NCBI GenBank assembly: GCA_963675295.2
Contig: CAXXKJ010000002.1
Span: 3,200,001 to 3,264,000 of the forward strand
Length of the DNA stretch: 64,000 bases
Origin: a bacterium
GTDB taxonomy: Bacteria; Electryoneota; Electryoneia; Electryoneales; Electryoneaceae
Direction of reading: 5' to 3'
Shown here: positions 1-9,375 of the stretch, piece after piece
Numbering within the stretch: the stretch's first letter is position 1
Layout of the letters: each line of letters starts with the position of its first letter
Translations under genes and position numbers: made by a program
The notes under the pieces: generated by a model
The model's input: the letters and a program-made list of their open reading frames with translations, nothing else
The model's database searches: none
Told to the model about the DNA's origin: nothing

Positions 1-1
1 G

Positions 2-415
2 AACGGCATCGGCGATCTGCCAGCGGTCGCGATTCATTTTAATCCGGTCGATCCTACCGGCGATCCATACACGGTCAATGTTGTCAGCGTCACGATTGAT
101 GGCGACGACCTTCCGCTGAATGGCGAAGTCGGGCTGTTTGACGGGGAGCTGTGTGTTGGCGCCGCAACAGTCAGCGAGGACCAGTGGGACAATTCGCTGG
201 CGATTACCGCATGGCGTGAAAACCAGGCGTCTGAACAACCCGGTTTTGTCACCGGTCACCAGATTGCCTTCAAGGTCTGGGACGCAAACTCGGACACCGA
301 ATACACAAGCGATACCGCCACAATCGATGCCGCATTCATCGCCGGTAACGGCACTTTCGGCAGCGGTTTCGCTTCTGTTGTTACGTTGACCCTCACCACC
401 GCAACCCAGGACTGA
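2..415 (+). CDS. 3' end of a gene (5'-truncated by the window) ending in an 'HFNPVDPTG...FDGELCVG' domain
   Basis: Not in the ORF track. Frame 2 is open from base 2 to TGA 413-415 and translates NGIGDLPAVAIHFNPVDPTGDPYTVNVV...GEVGLFDGELCVGAATV...FKVWDANSDTEY...TATQD*, clearly paralogous to domains in the genes at 3359 and 4863. Confidence 0.85.
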   Translation, partial: NGIGDLPAVAIHFNPVDPTGDPYTVNVVSVTIDGDDLPLNGEVGLFDGELCVGAATVSEDQWDNSLAITAWRENQASEQPGFVTGHQIAFKVWDANSDTEYTSDTATIDAAFIAGNGTFGSGFASVVTLTLTTATQD

Positions 416-467
416 GTGGAACCCATCGGCAGCATTTCGCCGGTGGATTTCATTCGTGGAGGACTCC

Positions 468-3257
468 ATGAAACGGCTTTTCATTTCCATGATCCTCGTC
501 CTGGTCGCCGGGCTGGCATTCGGGGCTCCCACCGCGCGGATCATGGGCACGGTTACCGACGCTGAAACGGACGAAACGATCATCGGCGCAAACGTGGTGC
601 TGGTCGGGATGTCACGCGGTTCCGCAACCGACCTTGATGGCCACTTCCTCATCCTCGCCCTGGAAAAAGGGCTGTACACCGTCCAGGTTTCCGCGATCGG
701 ATATGAGACATACACCCTCGAAGGCGTGCAGCTGGACGCCGGCCAGCGCCTCACGCTGGACATCGAGCTGACCGGATCCGCGGTCAAGCTGGAAACGGTG
801 ACTGTCACCGGCCAGTCGGAAACCGGGTCGGAAGAACGTGAACTGGAAGAGCGGCTCGAAGACGTCACCATCACCGACGCCATTTCGGCTGAAACAATCA
901 GCCGCCTGCCGGACCCGGACGTGGCGAATGTCGTCCGGCGCGCCACGGGAGTCTCAACGTTGGGCGGTGACCCGGTCATTCGCGGATTGGGCGCGCGCTA
1001 TTCCAAGGTCACGCTGAACTCAGCGCAGGTCTCCGGCACCGAACCGAACCGCAGCGCGGTATCGTTGAACCTCTTCCCCGCCAGCGTGATGAGCCAGGTG
1101 AACGTCAGCAAGTCCTACACCCCGGACCAGTGGGGCGAATTTGGCGGCGGTGCGGTCAACATGAATACGTGGGATATACCAGCAGGAAACCTCAGTATCA
1201 GTGCATCCACGTCGACCAGTTATCGTGTTGGAACAACTGGGAAGAAGTTTTACAGCTACGCCGGCGGTGCCTGGGACTGGCTGGCGTGGGATGACGGCGC
1301 GCGCGAGATGCCGTCGGATGTTGCCAGCGGCGGCCAGCTGGCCCTTGGTGGACAATTCAGCGAGCGCGGCTACAGCGAAGACGACATGATCCGTCTCGGC
1401 CGTCTCTTCCCCAACAATTGGGGCACCTATTCCTACAATGCACCGGTAAACCAGGGCTACAACCTTTCGATTTCTGACCGCTTGGAGTTGGCTGGACGTG
1501 ACCTCGACCTGCTCGCCAGTCTGCTGTACGACCGTTCCAGTACCGCGATTGAAAAAGACTTGATCGTACTCAAGGGCGGTGTCGGTGAAGCAGCCGATAC
1601 GATGCACAACTACACGTTCAACGAGTACATGCAGAATGTATCCGCAGGCGGATTGATCAACCTGCGGTACCAGTTCAGCCCACTGCACCGGTTTGCGATC
1701 AACACACTGTACAACCGCGACATGGAAGATGAGACGCGTTTCTATGAAGGCGTCAACCGTGACCGTGGCGCGGATATCCGTGACATCCGCCTCCGCTATG
1801 TTCAGCAGGTGACCTGGACCAGCCAGTTCTCCGGGTCGCACGCCATCCCAAATCTGCTGAGCAGTGTATTGGACTGGCACATGACCTATTCCCGTGGTGA
1901 ACGCTACGAACCCGACACCCGTGAAGTGCAGTTTGAATCCGAACCACTTGGTCTGGAAGATCCGGTTTTCATCTGGGCGGACGAGGAGCAGAGCGGCTCG
2001 CGTTTCTACAACGACCTTTATGACGACACGTACTCCGGCGGCGTGGACTGGGAACTGCATCCCATTGTGGGTGTGACGCGGAATGAAGTCGATCTTCAGA
2101 TCAAGAGCGGAGTTGCGTTTGTCGAACGTAAACGGGAAAGCGATACCCGCTTCTTCGAATACAAGCGTGACGCCGGGTTCAATACGTTGTTCATGCAGCA
2201 GGATCCGATGCTGCTGTTCGCTCCGAATAACGTCAGCCCGGACATCTTCCTGGTCGAAGAAACCACGCGTCCTACCGACAATTACAAAGCCGACATGAGC
2301 ATTCAGGCGGCCTACGTGTTGTTCAAGGGCCGTGTATTGCCGAAGTTGCGCGGCAGTTTCGGTGCCCGTGTCGAACATGCGAAGCAGAACGTCAACACCT
2401 TCGCCCTGTTCAATCCAGACGAAGAACCGGCGGTCGCCGACCTCGAGAACACCGACGTGATGCCGGCGTTGACACTGATCTACGAACCGATGGACCGCAC
2501 GAATTTCCGTCTCGCTGCCAGCCGTACCGTGTCACGCCCGGACTTCCGTGAATTGAGCCCCTTCGAGTTCACTGATATTCTCGGCGGACGCGCGGTGCAG
2601 GGCAATCCCGACCTTCAACGCGCCCTGATCGACAACTATGACCTGCGTTTCGAAAAGGTCTACGGTGTCTCAAACCTGTTCGCCGTCAGCGCCTTCTACA
2701 AGCGGTTCCATCAGCCGATTGAAACGGTCATCCGCATTACCGCACAGATCAGCGAATCCTTTGAGAATGCGGATGGCGCAACCAGTTACGGCCTCGAGAT
2801 GGAGTGGCGGCAGAACCTGGGCATGTTGACGGATCTGCTCGAGCCGTTTTCATTGTCGACCAACCTCTCCCTGCTTCATTCGGAGATAGAGCTGTCCGAC
2901 GAAGCCAAACTGGCGACAACCTCGGATTCCCGTCCACTGGAAGGCCAGTCGCCGTTCCTCTTTAACGTCAACCTGAGCTACATGCACCCGAGCTGGGGCA
3001 CCAATGCTGACCTGTTCCTCAACGGCTTCGGCAAACGCATTGTCGCGGTGGGGTACGAACCGATGGCGGACGAATACGAACTGCCGCACTGGGAGCTGGA
3101 CTTCACCATGCGGCAACCGTTGACCCGTCACCTGTCACTCAAGTTCGCGGCGAAGAACCTGCTCGACCCGGACTATCAGCGTGAACAGGGCGACATCATC
3201 GTCGAACGCTATTCGATGGGCCGCAGCTTCTCAATCGGCGCCAGCTGGATGCAATAA
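468..3257 (+). CDS. TonB-dependent receptor with N-terminal carboxypeptidase-regulatory-like domain
   Basis: ATG 468 after GGAGG; signal peptide; GTVTDAETDETIIGANV N-domain; plug motif VRRATGVS...IRGLGARY; barrel motifs SRTVSRPDFRELSPF, GNPDL, AKNLLD; C-terminal beta-strand GRSFSIGASW. Confidence 0.92.
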   Translation: MKRLFISMILVLVAGLAFGAPTARIMGTVTDAETDETIIGANVVLVGMSRGSATDLDGHFLILALEKGLYTVQVSAIGYETYTLEGVQLDAGQRLTLDIELTGSAVKLETVTVTGQSETGSEERELEERLEDVTITDAISAETISRLPDPDVANVVRRATGVSTLGGDPVIRGLGARYSKVTLNSAQVSGTEPNRSAVSLNLFPASVMSQVNVSKSYTPDQWGEFGGGAVNMNTWDIPAGNLSISASTSTSYRVGTTGKKFYSYAGGAWDWLAWDDGAREMPSDVASGGQLALGGQFSERGYSEDDMIRLGRLFPNNWGTYSYNAPVNQGYNLSISDRLELAGRDLDLLASLLYDRSSTAIEKDLIVLKGGVGEAADTMHNYTFNEYMQNVSAGGLINLRYQFSPLHRFAINTLYNRDMEDETRFYEGVNRDRGADIRDIRLRYVQQVTWTSQFSGSHAIPNLLSSVLDWHMTYSRGERYEPDTREVQFESEPLGLEDPVFIWADEEQSGSRFYNDLYDDTYSGGVDWELHPIVGVTRNEVDLQIKSGVAFVERKRESDTRFFEYKRDAGFNTLFMQQDPMLLFAPNNVSPDIFLVEETTRPTDNYKADMSIQAAYVLFKGRVLPKLRGSFGARVEHAKQNVNTFALFNPDEEPAVADLENTDVMPALTLIYEPMDRTNFRLAASRTVSRPDFRELSPFEFTDILGGRAVQGNPDLQRALIDNYDLRFEKVYGVSNLFAVSAFYKRFHQPIETVIRITAQISESFENADGATSYGLEMEWRQNLGMLTDLLEPFSLSTNLSLLHSEIELSDEAKLATTSDSRPLEGQSPFLFNVNLSYMHPSWGTNADLFLNGFGKRIVAVGYEPMADEYELPHWELDFTMRQPLTRHLSLKFAAKNLLDPDYQREQGDIIVERYSMGRSFSIGASWMQ

Positions 3258-3358
3258 TCCAGAGCTATATGCCCGTGTCAGAAAACTCGCGGACGCGGAC
3301 CCGAAAACCAAGGATAGAAGAAACTTCAGATACAACGCGGTACGGAGGAGGGAGTACG

Positions 3359-4471
3359 ATGAAGCACAGTATGATTGCTGTTTGCATGCTGCTGATCTCA
3401 GGCGCGGGATTCGCCCAGATGCAGCATTTTAATCCGGTTGACCCGACCGGCCAGGTGTACAACGTGTCGGCGCGCGGCATCTACATCGAAGGTCTCGCGC
3501 TGCAGCTCGGGGACGAGGTCGGCATCTTTGACGGCGACTTGTGTGTTGGCGCAAAAGTGGTCGAAAAGCCGGTCAATGTCAGCGCCGGTCAGTTCCTCAC
3601 CATCCCGGCTCAGGAAGGTGATGAGAACCTGCAGCTTCCGGGGTTCACGCCGGGCCACGATATCAACGTGATTGTGTGGCAGATGCACAGCGACACCGAG
3701 ATTAACATCACCGAAGAGTGGGCGCTGGGCGATGGCACGTTCGGCGCAGGCGTCGCCGCGATCATGCACCCGATCTTTCACGGTGACCAGTCGATCCAGG
3801 GCCCGGAACACTTTGTCCCGGTTGAACCGGCGGACCCGCAGGACATTCAAACTCCGGCGTATGGTGTGGTCGTAGACGCTGCCACGGTTGACAGTGAACC
3901 GCTGGAACCGGGCGACGAAATCGCAATCTATGACGGTGATTTGTGCGTTGGCGCGGCAAAGCTGCCTTATGAGCTGGGCGGCGATTTGTCGCTGATGTTC
4001 ATGACCTGGGGTGAATACAACAGCGCGGACGGGTACACGGTCGGTAACGACTTGCTGGTGCGAGTCTGGGATGCGTCTGCGTCACTGGAGATTGAGGGGA
4101 CACCAGATTTCTACCAGGGATCGACTTTTGAATCCGACCCTTTTGCGATCATCTCGTCGTTGATGTCCTCGGATGTCGATGACAGCCCTGCTGCCATCCT
4201 GCCGGGCAAATACGAGATCGTGAACGCCTACCCGAACCCGTTCAACGCCGCACTGACGATTCAGGTCGCGTTGCCCGCGCCGGGCGAGGTGTCGCTGGCG
4301 GTGTGGGATGTGCTCGGCCGTCAGGTTGCGACTGTTACAGCGGGATCGTTGTCCGCCGGTGAACACGGCATCACGTGGAACGCGACCGGGACACCCTCCG
4401 GCGTCTATTTCGTGCGCGCGTACTTCGGTGGCGAGGTGATGGGCATGCGCAAGGTCACGCTCTTGAAGTAA
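3359..4471 (+). CDS. Secreted protein with two 'HFxPV...DGDLCVG' domains and a T9SS/Por-type CTD
   Basis: Start moved to ATG 3359 (GGAGGAGGGAG upstream, signal peptide MKHSMIAV...GFAQ); two internal repeats; AYPNPFN...SGVYFVR...KVTLLK tail (TIGR04183-like). Confidence 0.85.
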   Translation: MKHSMIAVCMLLISGAGFAQMQHFNPVDPTGQVYNVSARGIYIEGLALQLGDEVGIFDGDLCVGAKVVEKPVNVSAGQFLTIPAQEGDENLQLPGFTPGHDINVIVWQMHSDTEINITEEWALGDGTFGAGVAAIMHPIFHGDQSIQGPEHFVPVEPADPQDIQTPAYGVVVDAATVDSEPLEPGDEIAIYDGDLCVGAAKLPYELGGDLSLMFMTWGEYNSADGYTVGNDLLVRVWDASASLEIEGTPDFYQGSTFESDPFAIISSLMSSDVDDSPAAILPGKYEIVNAYPNPFNAALTIQVALPAPGEVSLAVWDVLGRQVATVTAGSLSAGEHGITWNATGTPSGVYFVRAYFGGEVMGMRKVTLLK

Positions 4472-4581
4472 CGGATAGTAAAAGACAGGAACAGATAGGA
4501 ACAGATTGCAAAAGACGTAGAAGATGCGTCTGCCCGGACCGTAAAGAGCTGGTCGGGTCCGAGTATCCAGACAGTATGCAG

Positions 4582-4609
4582 CGGGGACACTTTGGGGACA
4601 AAGTGTCCC
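4582..4609. repeat. GGGGACAC palindromic element, copy 1
   Basis: GGGACACTTTG-GGGA-CAAAGTGTCCC is a perfect 11-bp stem; 21 nt are identical to the reverse complement of the copy at 48530-48562. Confidence 0.75.
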
Positions 4610-4862
4610 AGGTTTTTCTCCCGCAGCCTGGTATCGTATCTGCGTTCGGATCGGGCACCTGTATTGTCTTCGTACCAGATCGCACTCCTCCCTGAGAGCC
4701 TCTCCAATTCCGGCAAATAAGAAACTCCCGAAAAACCAATACGCGCCAAACACTACGATGCGATCCTCTCGCCGTATTCATGGCGCTGCAGTACACGACA
4801 CGTTCTCCGGGAGGCCGGAAAACGTAACTACAGAGTTTACCTGACTTTCAGGAGGATTTTCC

Positions 4863-5963
4863 ATGTTCCGTAGGACCACTCTGTCCGTTCTGCTGCTCGC
4901 GCTTTTCGCCATCGTTCCGCTGGCGAACGCTCAGCACTTTACCCCTGTCGATCCGACGGGTCTTCCGTACGCGATCGCGATTGAGTACGGCAAGATTGGC
5001 AACACCGCATTGAAGACGGGTGACGAAGTCGCCGCGTTTGATGGTGACCTGTGTGTCGGTTCCGCGATCATTGATGGTCGTGTGACCCCGGAAACCGCTC
5101 TTGGCTTCACCGCTTGGGAAGAAGACACGAATCAGGGCCTGATCGGCTTCACCGATGGCAACTCGATTGAAATCCGCGTCTGGCGTCAGGGTCAGGGCGA
5201 GTTCGTTGCGACCTCGAACTGGGCGACCGGCGGCAATTTCGGCGACGGTTTCGGCTCGGTGGCGTCCAGCGTCGCCGGTGGCACTCCGCGTCCGGTCGTT
5301 GTTGACATTTATCCGAACGGCACCCCGGTGATCCCGTTCGGTGGTGGCTACTTCTACTATCACGTGATGATGCACAACCAGTCGCAGCTCAGCGGCCAGG
5401 TAAATGTCACGATTCAGTATGAACTCCCGACCGGCCAGGCGTTCACCGCGGCGGCGGCGAACATCAACCTCAACGGCGGCCAGACGATCAATGTCGACCG
5501 TGAGCAGTATGTCTCTCAAAACTTCCCGACCGGATACTTCTGGTACGTGATCACTGTGCGCTACGGTCAGCTGACCCTGTGCTCGGATGTCATCGCCGTC
5601 GAGAAGCTCGGTAGTGTCGTGGATGGCGCGATGCCGGAATTCGTCTATGACGAAGCCGTCTCTGAGATCGCTGACATGGGCGCGACCGTGAACCTGCCGG
5701 ATGAGTTCGGCCTTGGCAATGCCTACCCGAACCCGTTCAACCCGACCACCACGCTGAACCTCGCCCTGCCGATGGCTGGCCAGGTCAAAGTGGCTGTGTT
5801 CAACACGCTCGGCCGCCAGGTTGCCATCCTGAATAACGGCGTCCTCGACGCCGGCAACCACACCCTGAGCTTTGATGGGTCCCATCTGGCCAGTGGCGTG
5901 TACTTCATCCAGGCGACCGCCGGTGCGGAAACCGCGATCCAGAAGGTCACCCTGATGAAGTAA
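4863..5963 (+). CDS. Secreted protein: 'HFTPVDPTG' domain + Ig-like pre-CTD domain + T9SS-type CTD
   Basis: AGGAGG RBS; signal peptide ending ANA-Q; FDGDLCVG motif; IPFGGGYFYY...LPTG...PTGYFWY module; AYPNPFN...KVTLMK. Confidence 0.87.
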   Translation: MFRRTTLSVLLLALFAIVPLANAQHFTPVDPTGLPYAIAIEYGKIGNTALKTGDEVAAFDGDLCVGSAIIDGRVTPETALGFTAWEEDTNQGLIGFTDGNSIEIRVWRQGQGEFVATSNWATGGNFGDGFGSVASSVAGGTPRPVVVDIYPNGTPVIPFGGGYFYYHVMMHNQSQLSGQVNVTIQYELPTGQAFTAAAANINLNGGQTINVDREQYVSQNFPTGYFWYVITVRYGQLTLCSDVIAVEKLGSVVDGAMPEFVYDEAVSEIADMGATVNLPDEFGLGNAYPNPFNPTTTLNLALPMAGQVKVAVFNTLGRQVAILNNGVLDAGNHTLSFDGSHLASGVYFIQATAGAETAIQKVTLMK

Positions 5964-6008
5964 GCGGTACCCGACATTCAGCCTGATTTGTACAGGCTAT
6001 GACGTACC

Positions 6009-6040
6009 GGAAAGGCCCCAGTTCTCCCTGGGGTTTTTCC
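6009..6040 (+). terminator. Probable intrinsic terminator
   Basis: GGAAAGGCCCCAG-ttctcc-CTGGGGTTTTTCC hairpin 45 bp after the stop codon. Confidence 0.55.
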
Positions 6041-6046
6041 TCTCTC

Positions 6047-6088
6047 AGGCAGTGGGCTATAGGCTGAGGGCGATGGGCTGTGGGCCAG
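6047..6088. repeat. Degenerate heptamer tandem repeat (RGGCnnn x6)
   Basis: aggcagt gggctat aggctga gggcgat gggctgt gggccag. Confidence 0.7.
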
Positions 6089-6394
6089 GAGCGGCTGGTA
6101 TTCGTGGCCCGGCTTGGTGTTGGTTTTTCAAGTCGCATGTCAAGGCGTGGTATCGAACCAGCAACCAGTTCCATGTTACACAAATGCGTGGGTACCATTC
6201 AGATTTGATGTGCCTGTTAACTCCATTATAAACAGTGTTATAGATTATGAATTTGCGCCTCTTGCGGGTGATGTTCAGCTCCCCAAACACTGCCTGAACC
6301 ATCCCCCGACACCTCCCTCATACGGCAGGTCAACTTTCCCGCACACGTCCAATTGACGATTTCCCGAAACACCTTGACTTCATGGAGGAGTACA

Positions 6395-8845
6395 ATGCGT
6401 ACCCTGATGTCCGTGCTTTTTACCGTGCTGATGCTCGCCGGTGCGGCGAATGCTCAGTTTACCCTGACTCTGCTGCACAACAATGACGGCGAGTCCCAGT
6501 TGATCAATCTCGGTGGCGACCAGGAAGACTTCGGTGGCGTCGCTCACTTCGCCAGCCTCGCGGATTCCTGCAAGGCCTGGGCGGATGCGAACACCGATGG
6601 TTACCTGATGGTCACCTCCGGCGACAACTTCCTCCCCGGCCCGGAGTGGAACGCCAGCCTGAACGATGGCATCTACTATGACGCCGTCGCGATCGACCTG
6701 CTCGGCTACAACACCCTCTGCCTCGGCAACCATGATTTCGACGCCGGCCCGGATGTGTTGGCCGAGTTCATCAGTGAAGCCAATGTCTACACCTCGCCGA
6801 CCTGGCTGAGCTGCAACCTCGACTTCAGCAATGAGCCGAACCTGCAGGCGCACGTAGACAACGGCCGCATCGCCAGCAGCAAGATGGCTGATGTGAACGG
6901 CACGATGGTTGGTATCGTTGGCGCGACCACCCCGAACCTCGACTTCATCTCCAGCCCTGGCGATGTCATCATCAACGATGACGTGGTCGCCGCGGTGCAG
7001 GCCGAAATCGACGACCTCAGCAACAACGGCGCGGACATCATCATCCTGATCTCCCACCTGCAGGGCATCGTCGAAGACCTCGCGATCATTCCGGAACTCA
7101 GCGGCCTCGACGTCGCTGTGGCCGGCGGTGGTGACGAGCTGCTCGCCAACGATGGCGACCTGCTGGTCCCGGGCGACGAAGATGAAGTGTATGGTGCATA
7201 CCCGTTGACCGCGACGAACCTCGATGGCGACACTGTTCCGGTGGTCACCACCAGCGGCAACTACGCCTACCTCGGCCAGATCGTGCTCAACTTCGACATC
7301 AACGGCGACCTCATTGACTGGGATACGGACCACAGCGGCCCGAAGCGCGTTGCGAACGAAAACTACCCGGACGGTGTCCCGGCGAACACGACGATGCAGA
7401 CGATGGTCGTTGACCCGGTCGCGGCCTACGTTGCGAACCTCGGCGCGAACATCATCGCCAGCTCGGATGTCGATCTTGACGGTATCCGCAACCACGTGCG
7501 CGGATTTGAGACCAACCAGGGCAATTTGATCGCAGACGCGATGCTCGCAATCGCGATGGATCGTTACGCTGATTTCGGTGCCCCGATGCCGACGGTCGCG
7601 TTCCAGAACGGTGGCGGTATCCGTAACGACGCCATCATTTCCGCTGGCGACATTTCCGAGCTGACCACATTTGACGTGCTGCCGTTCGGCAACATCCTTT
7701 CGATCGTGGAAGATGTCGATCCGATGCAGTTCAAGGCCGTGATGGAAAATCACGTCGCCGCGATCGGCAACGGCGCGGGCACCGGCCGTTTCGGCCAGGT
7801 TTCCGGCTATCGTTTCGAATATGATGCGACCTTCCAGGCGCAGGAATACGACACCGACGGCAACATCACCATCCCGGGCGAACGCATCCGCAAAGCGTGG
7901 CTGGCTGACGGTACCGTGTTGGTCGAAGACGGCGTGGTCAACCTGGACGCCCCGCACCAGAACATCGTCGTTGGTGACTTCATCGCCGGCGGTGGGGACG
8001 AGTACCCGTTCCAGGGCTTGAACTTCACCCGCCTCGGTATTTCCGACCAGCAGACGCTGGCGACCTACCTGTCCGACATGGGTACGGTTGAAGCACGCGA
8101 CTACCCGCGTGGTGGCGAGATGCGCGTCGTCCGTCTCGACCAGCCGCTGGGTCTCGAAGCCAGCCCGATGTTCGGCGTCTTCCCATCCGTCCCGGCGGAA
8201 GGGGGTTACTTCCCGTTGACCGCGACGATCAGTAACCTGACCATGGATGAGATGATGTACGACGCGTGGGTCGATGTCTGGGGTCCGAACGGCCTGCAGG
8301 GCAACATCTACAGTGGCGTCAAAATGTACATGGACGTGGCCATTTTCGGCAACGCCATGGACACATATAACGCTTTGCAGTTTGTCCCGGGCTACGCTCC
8401 GGAAGGCACCTACCTTTACATCGTCAACATCGGTCACTACCCGAATGAAGTGATCGCGCGCGACTGGTTCGGCTTCGAGAAGGAAGGCGTTGATCCGTCC
8501 GCGATCGGTGACTGGATGATCAAGCTGAACAACGGTGAGGTCGAAGCTGCGGATGCCGCGGCTGCGACTGAGCTGCCGACCGAGTTCGCCGTTGGCCAGG
8601 CCTACCCGAATCCGTTCAACCCGACCACGACGTTGAGTGTCAGCCTGCCGTCAGCAGCGAAGCTGAATGTCACCGTGTTCAACGTGATGGGCCAGCAGGT
8701 TGCGGAAATCGCCAACGGTTCGTACAACGCCGGCATGCACAACCTCGTGTTCGACGCGAACGGCATGGCCAGCGGCGTCTATTTCGTTCGCACCCGGGTT
8801 CCGGGTCATCTGAACCAGCTGCAGAAGGTGATGTTGGTGAGGTAA
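6395..8845 (+). CDS. Secreted 5'-nucleotidase/UshA-family metallophosphoesterase with T9SS-type CTD
   Basis: ATG 6395 after GGAGGAG; LLHNNDGES, SGDNF, LGNHDFD, LISHLQG, AGGGDE motifs; 5'-nucleotidase C-domain (ETNQGNLIADA, NGGGIR, LPFGN); Ig-like module; PNPFN...KVMLVR. Confidence 0.92.
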   Translation: MRTLMSVLFTVLMLAGAANAQFTLTLLHNNDGESQLINLGGDQEDFGGVAHFASLADSCKAWADANTDGYLMVTSGDNFLPGPEWNASLNDGIYYDAVAIDLLGYNTLCLGNHDFDAGPDVLAEFISEANVYTSPTWLSCNLDFSNEPNLQAHVDNGRIASSKMADVNGTMVGIVGATTPNLDFISSPGDVIINDDVVAAVQAEIDDLSNNGADIIILISHLQGIVEDLAIIPELSGLDVAVAGGGDELLANDGDLLVPGDEDEVYGAYPLTATNLDGDTVPVVTTSGNYAYLGQIVLNFDINGDLIDWDTDHSGPKRVANENYPDGVPANTTMQTMVVDPVAAYVANLGANIIASSDVDLDGIRNHVRGFETNQGNLIADAMLAIAMDRYADFGAPMPTVAFQNGGGIRNDAIISAGDISELTTFDVLPFGNILSIVEDVDPMQFKAVMENHVAAIGNGAGTGRFGQVSGYRFEYDATFQAQEYDTDGNITIPGERIRKAWLADGTVLVEDGVVNLDAPHQNIVVGDFIAGGGDEYPFQGLNFTRLGISDQQTLATYLSDMGTVEARDYPRGGEMRVVRLDQPLGLEASPMFGVFPSVPAEGGYFPLTATISNLTMDEMMYDAWVDVWGPNGLQGNIYSGVKMYMDVAIFGNAMDTYNALQFVPGYAPEGTYLYIVNIGHYPNEVIARDWFGFEKEGVDPSAIGDWMIKLNNGEVEAADAAAATELPTEFAVGQAYPNPFNPTTTLSVSLPSAAKLNVTVFNVMGQQVAEIANGSYNAGMHNLVFDANGMASGVYFVRTRVPGHLNQLQKVMLVR

Positions 8846-8851
8846 TTCCAC

Positions 8852-8876
8852 GGGACACTCATTGAGGCAGTGTCCC
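8852..8876. repeat. GGGACAC palindromic element, diverged copy
   Basis: GGGACACT-cattgaggc-AGTGTCCC, 7 bp after the stop of a CTD gene. Confidence 0.55.
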
Positions 8877-8987
8877 CAAGAATTGCTCGTACCATAAAAC
8901 AACACAGAGCAGGAGAGAGTCGCCTATCTCATGAAAATACCTGCTGAAACAGTCTGCGGGCTGCTGTGATTGTTGGACTTAACAGAA

Positions 8988-9032
8988 CTTCGAACCGCGA
9001 AGTCTTGGGTTCGAATCCCTACAGGCGTACCA
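8988..9032 (+). pseudogene. 3' half of tRNA-Arg(TCG); att-site-like remnant
   Basis: CTTCGAA (anticodon loop) CCGCG AAGTC TTGGG TTCGAAT CCCTA CAGGCGT A CCA has exact tRNA geometry from the anticodon loop to CCA; the upstream sequence cannot form the anticodon, D or acceptor stems. Confidence 0.8.
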
Positions 9033-9039
9033 TACCGAT

Positions 9040-9076
9040 CAAGGGGTTACGGGAAACCGTGGCCCCTTGTTCTTTT
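9040..9076 (+). terminator. Hairpin/terminator after the tRNA fragment
   Basis: CAAGGGGTTACGG-GAAA-CCGTGGCCCCTTG followed by TTCTTTT. Confidence 0.65.
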
Positions 9077-9375
9077 CTACGATGTACACGATCCTTTTCT
9101 ACGATCCGACTCGAGTGGATCACACACTTTTTTGTCAAACCCTGATCATTTGCTTGTTCCCCATCGCTCTCGCCGCTACTTTGGGATGTGTGGATCTGCG
9201 CGGCTAGCTGAGTTTCCCACCATTCGATCCGCAAACGACAATGACCATCGAGCGTATTGCCACACACAATCTTATCTGGCAACATCCCCCGATAGATCAG
9301 AAATACACGATACGATCCACGCGGATCTATTCATATCAACCAGTCACGCATGCATACAAGGGGAGGGACGTGTCG

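Noticed and set aside
1020-2378. Long antisense or alternate-frame ORFs (also 6380-8437, 17865-19484, 28797-30149, 30710-32551, 49990-51675, 60507-62126)
   Set aside because: They shadow well-supported genes on the opposite strand, have no recognisable motifs, and are expected from GC-rich codon bias.
6170-6250. Pho-box-like TGTTA repeats upstream of the 5'-nucleotidase
   Set aside because: Spacing is irregular and matches are weak; plausible biologically but not supportable from the sequence alone.
8956-9032. Intact tRNA-Arg gene
   Set aside because: Only the first three bases (GCG) could pair in the acceptor stem; no D stem or 5' anticodon strand complementary to CCGCG.
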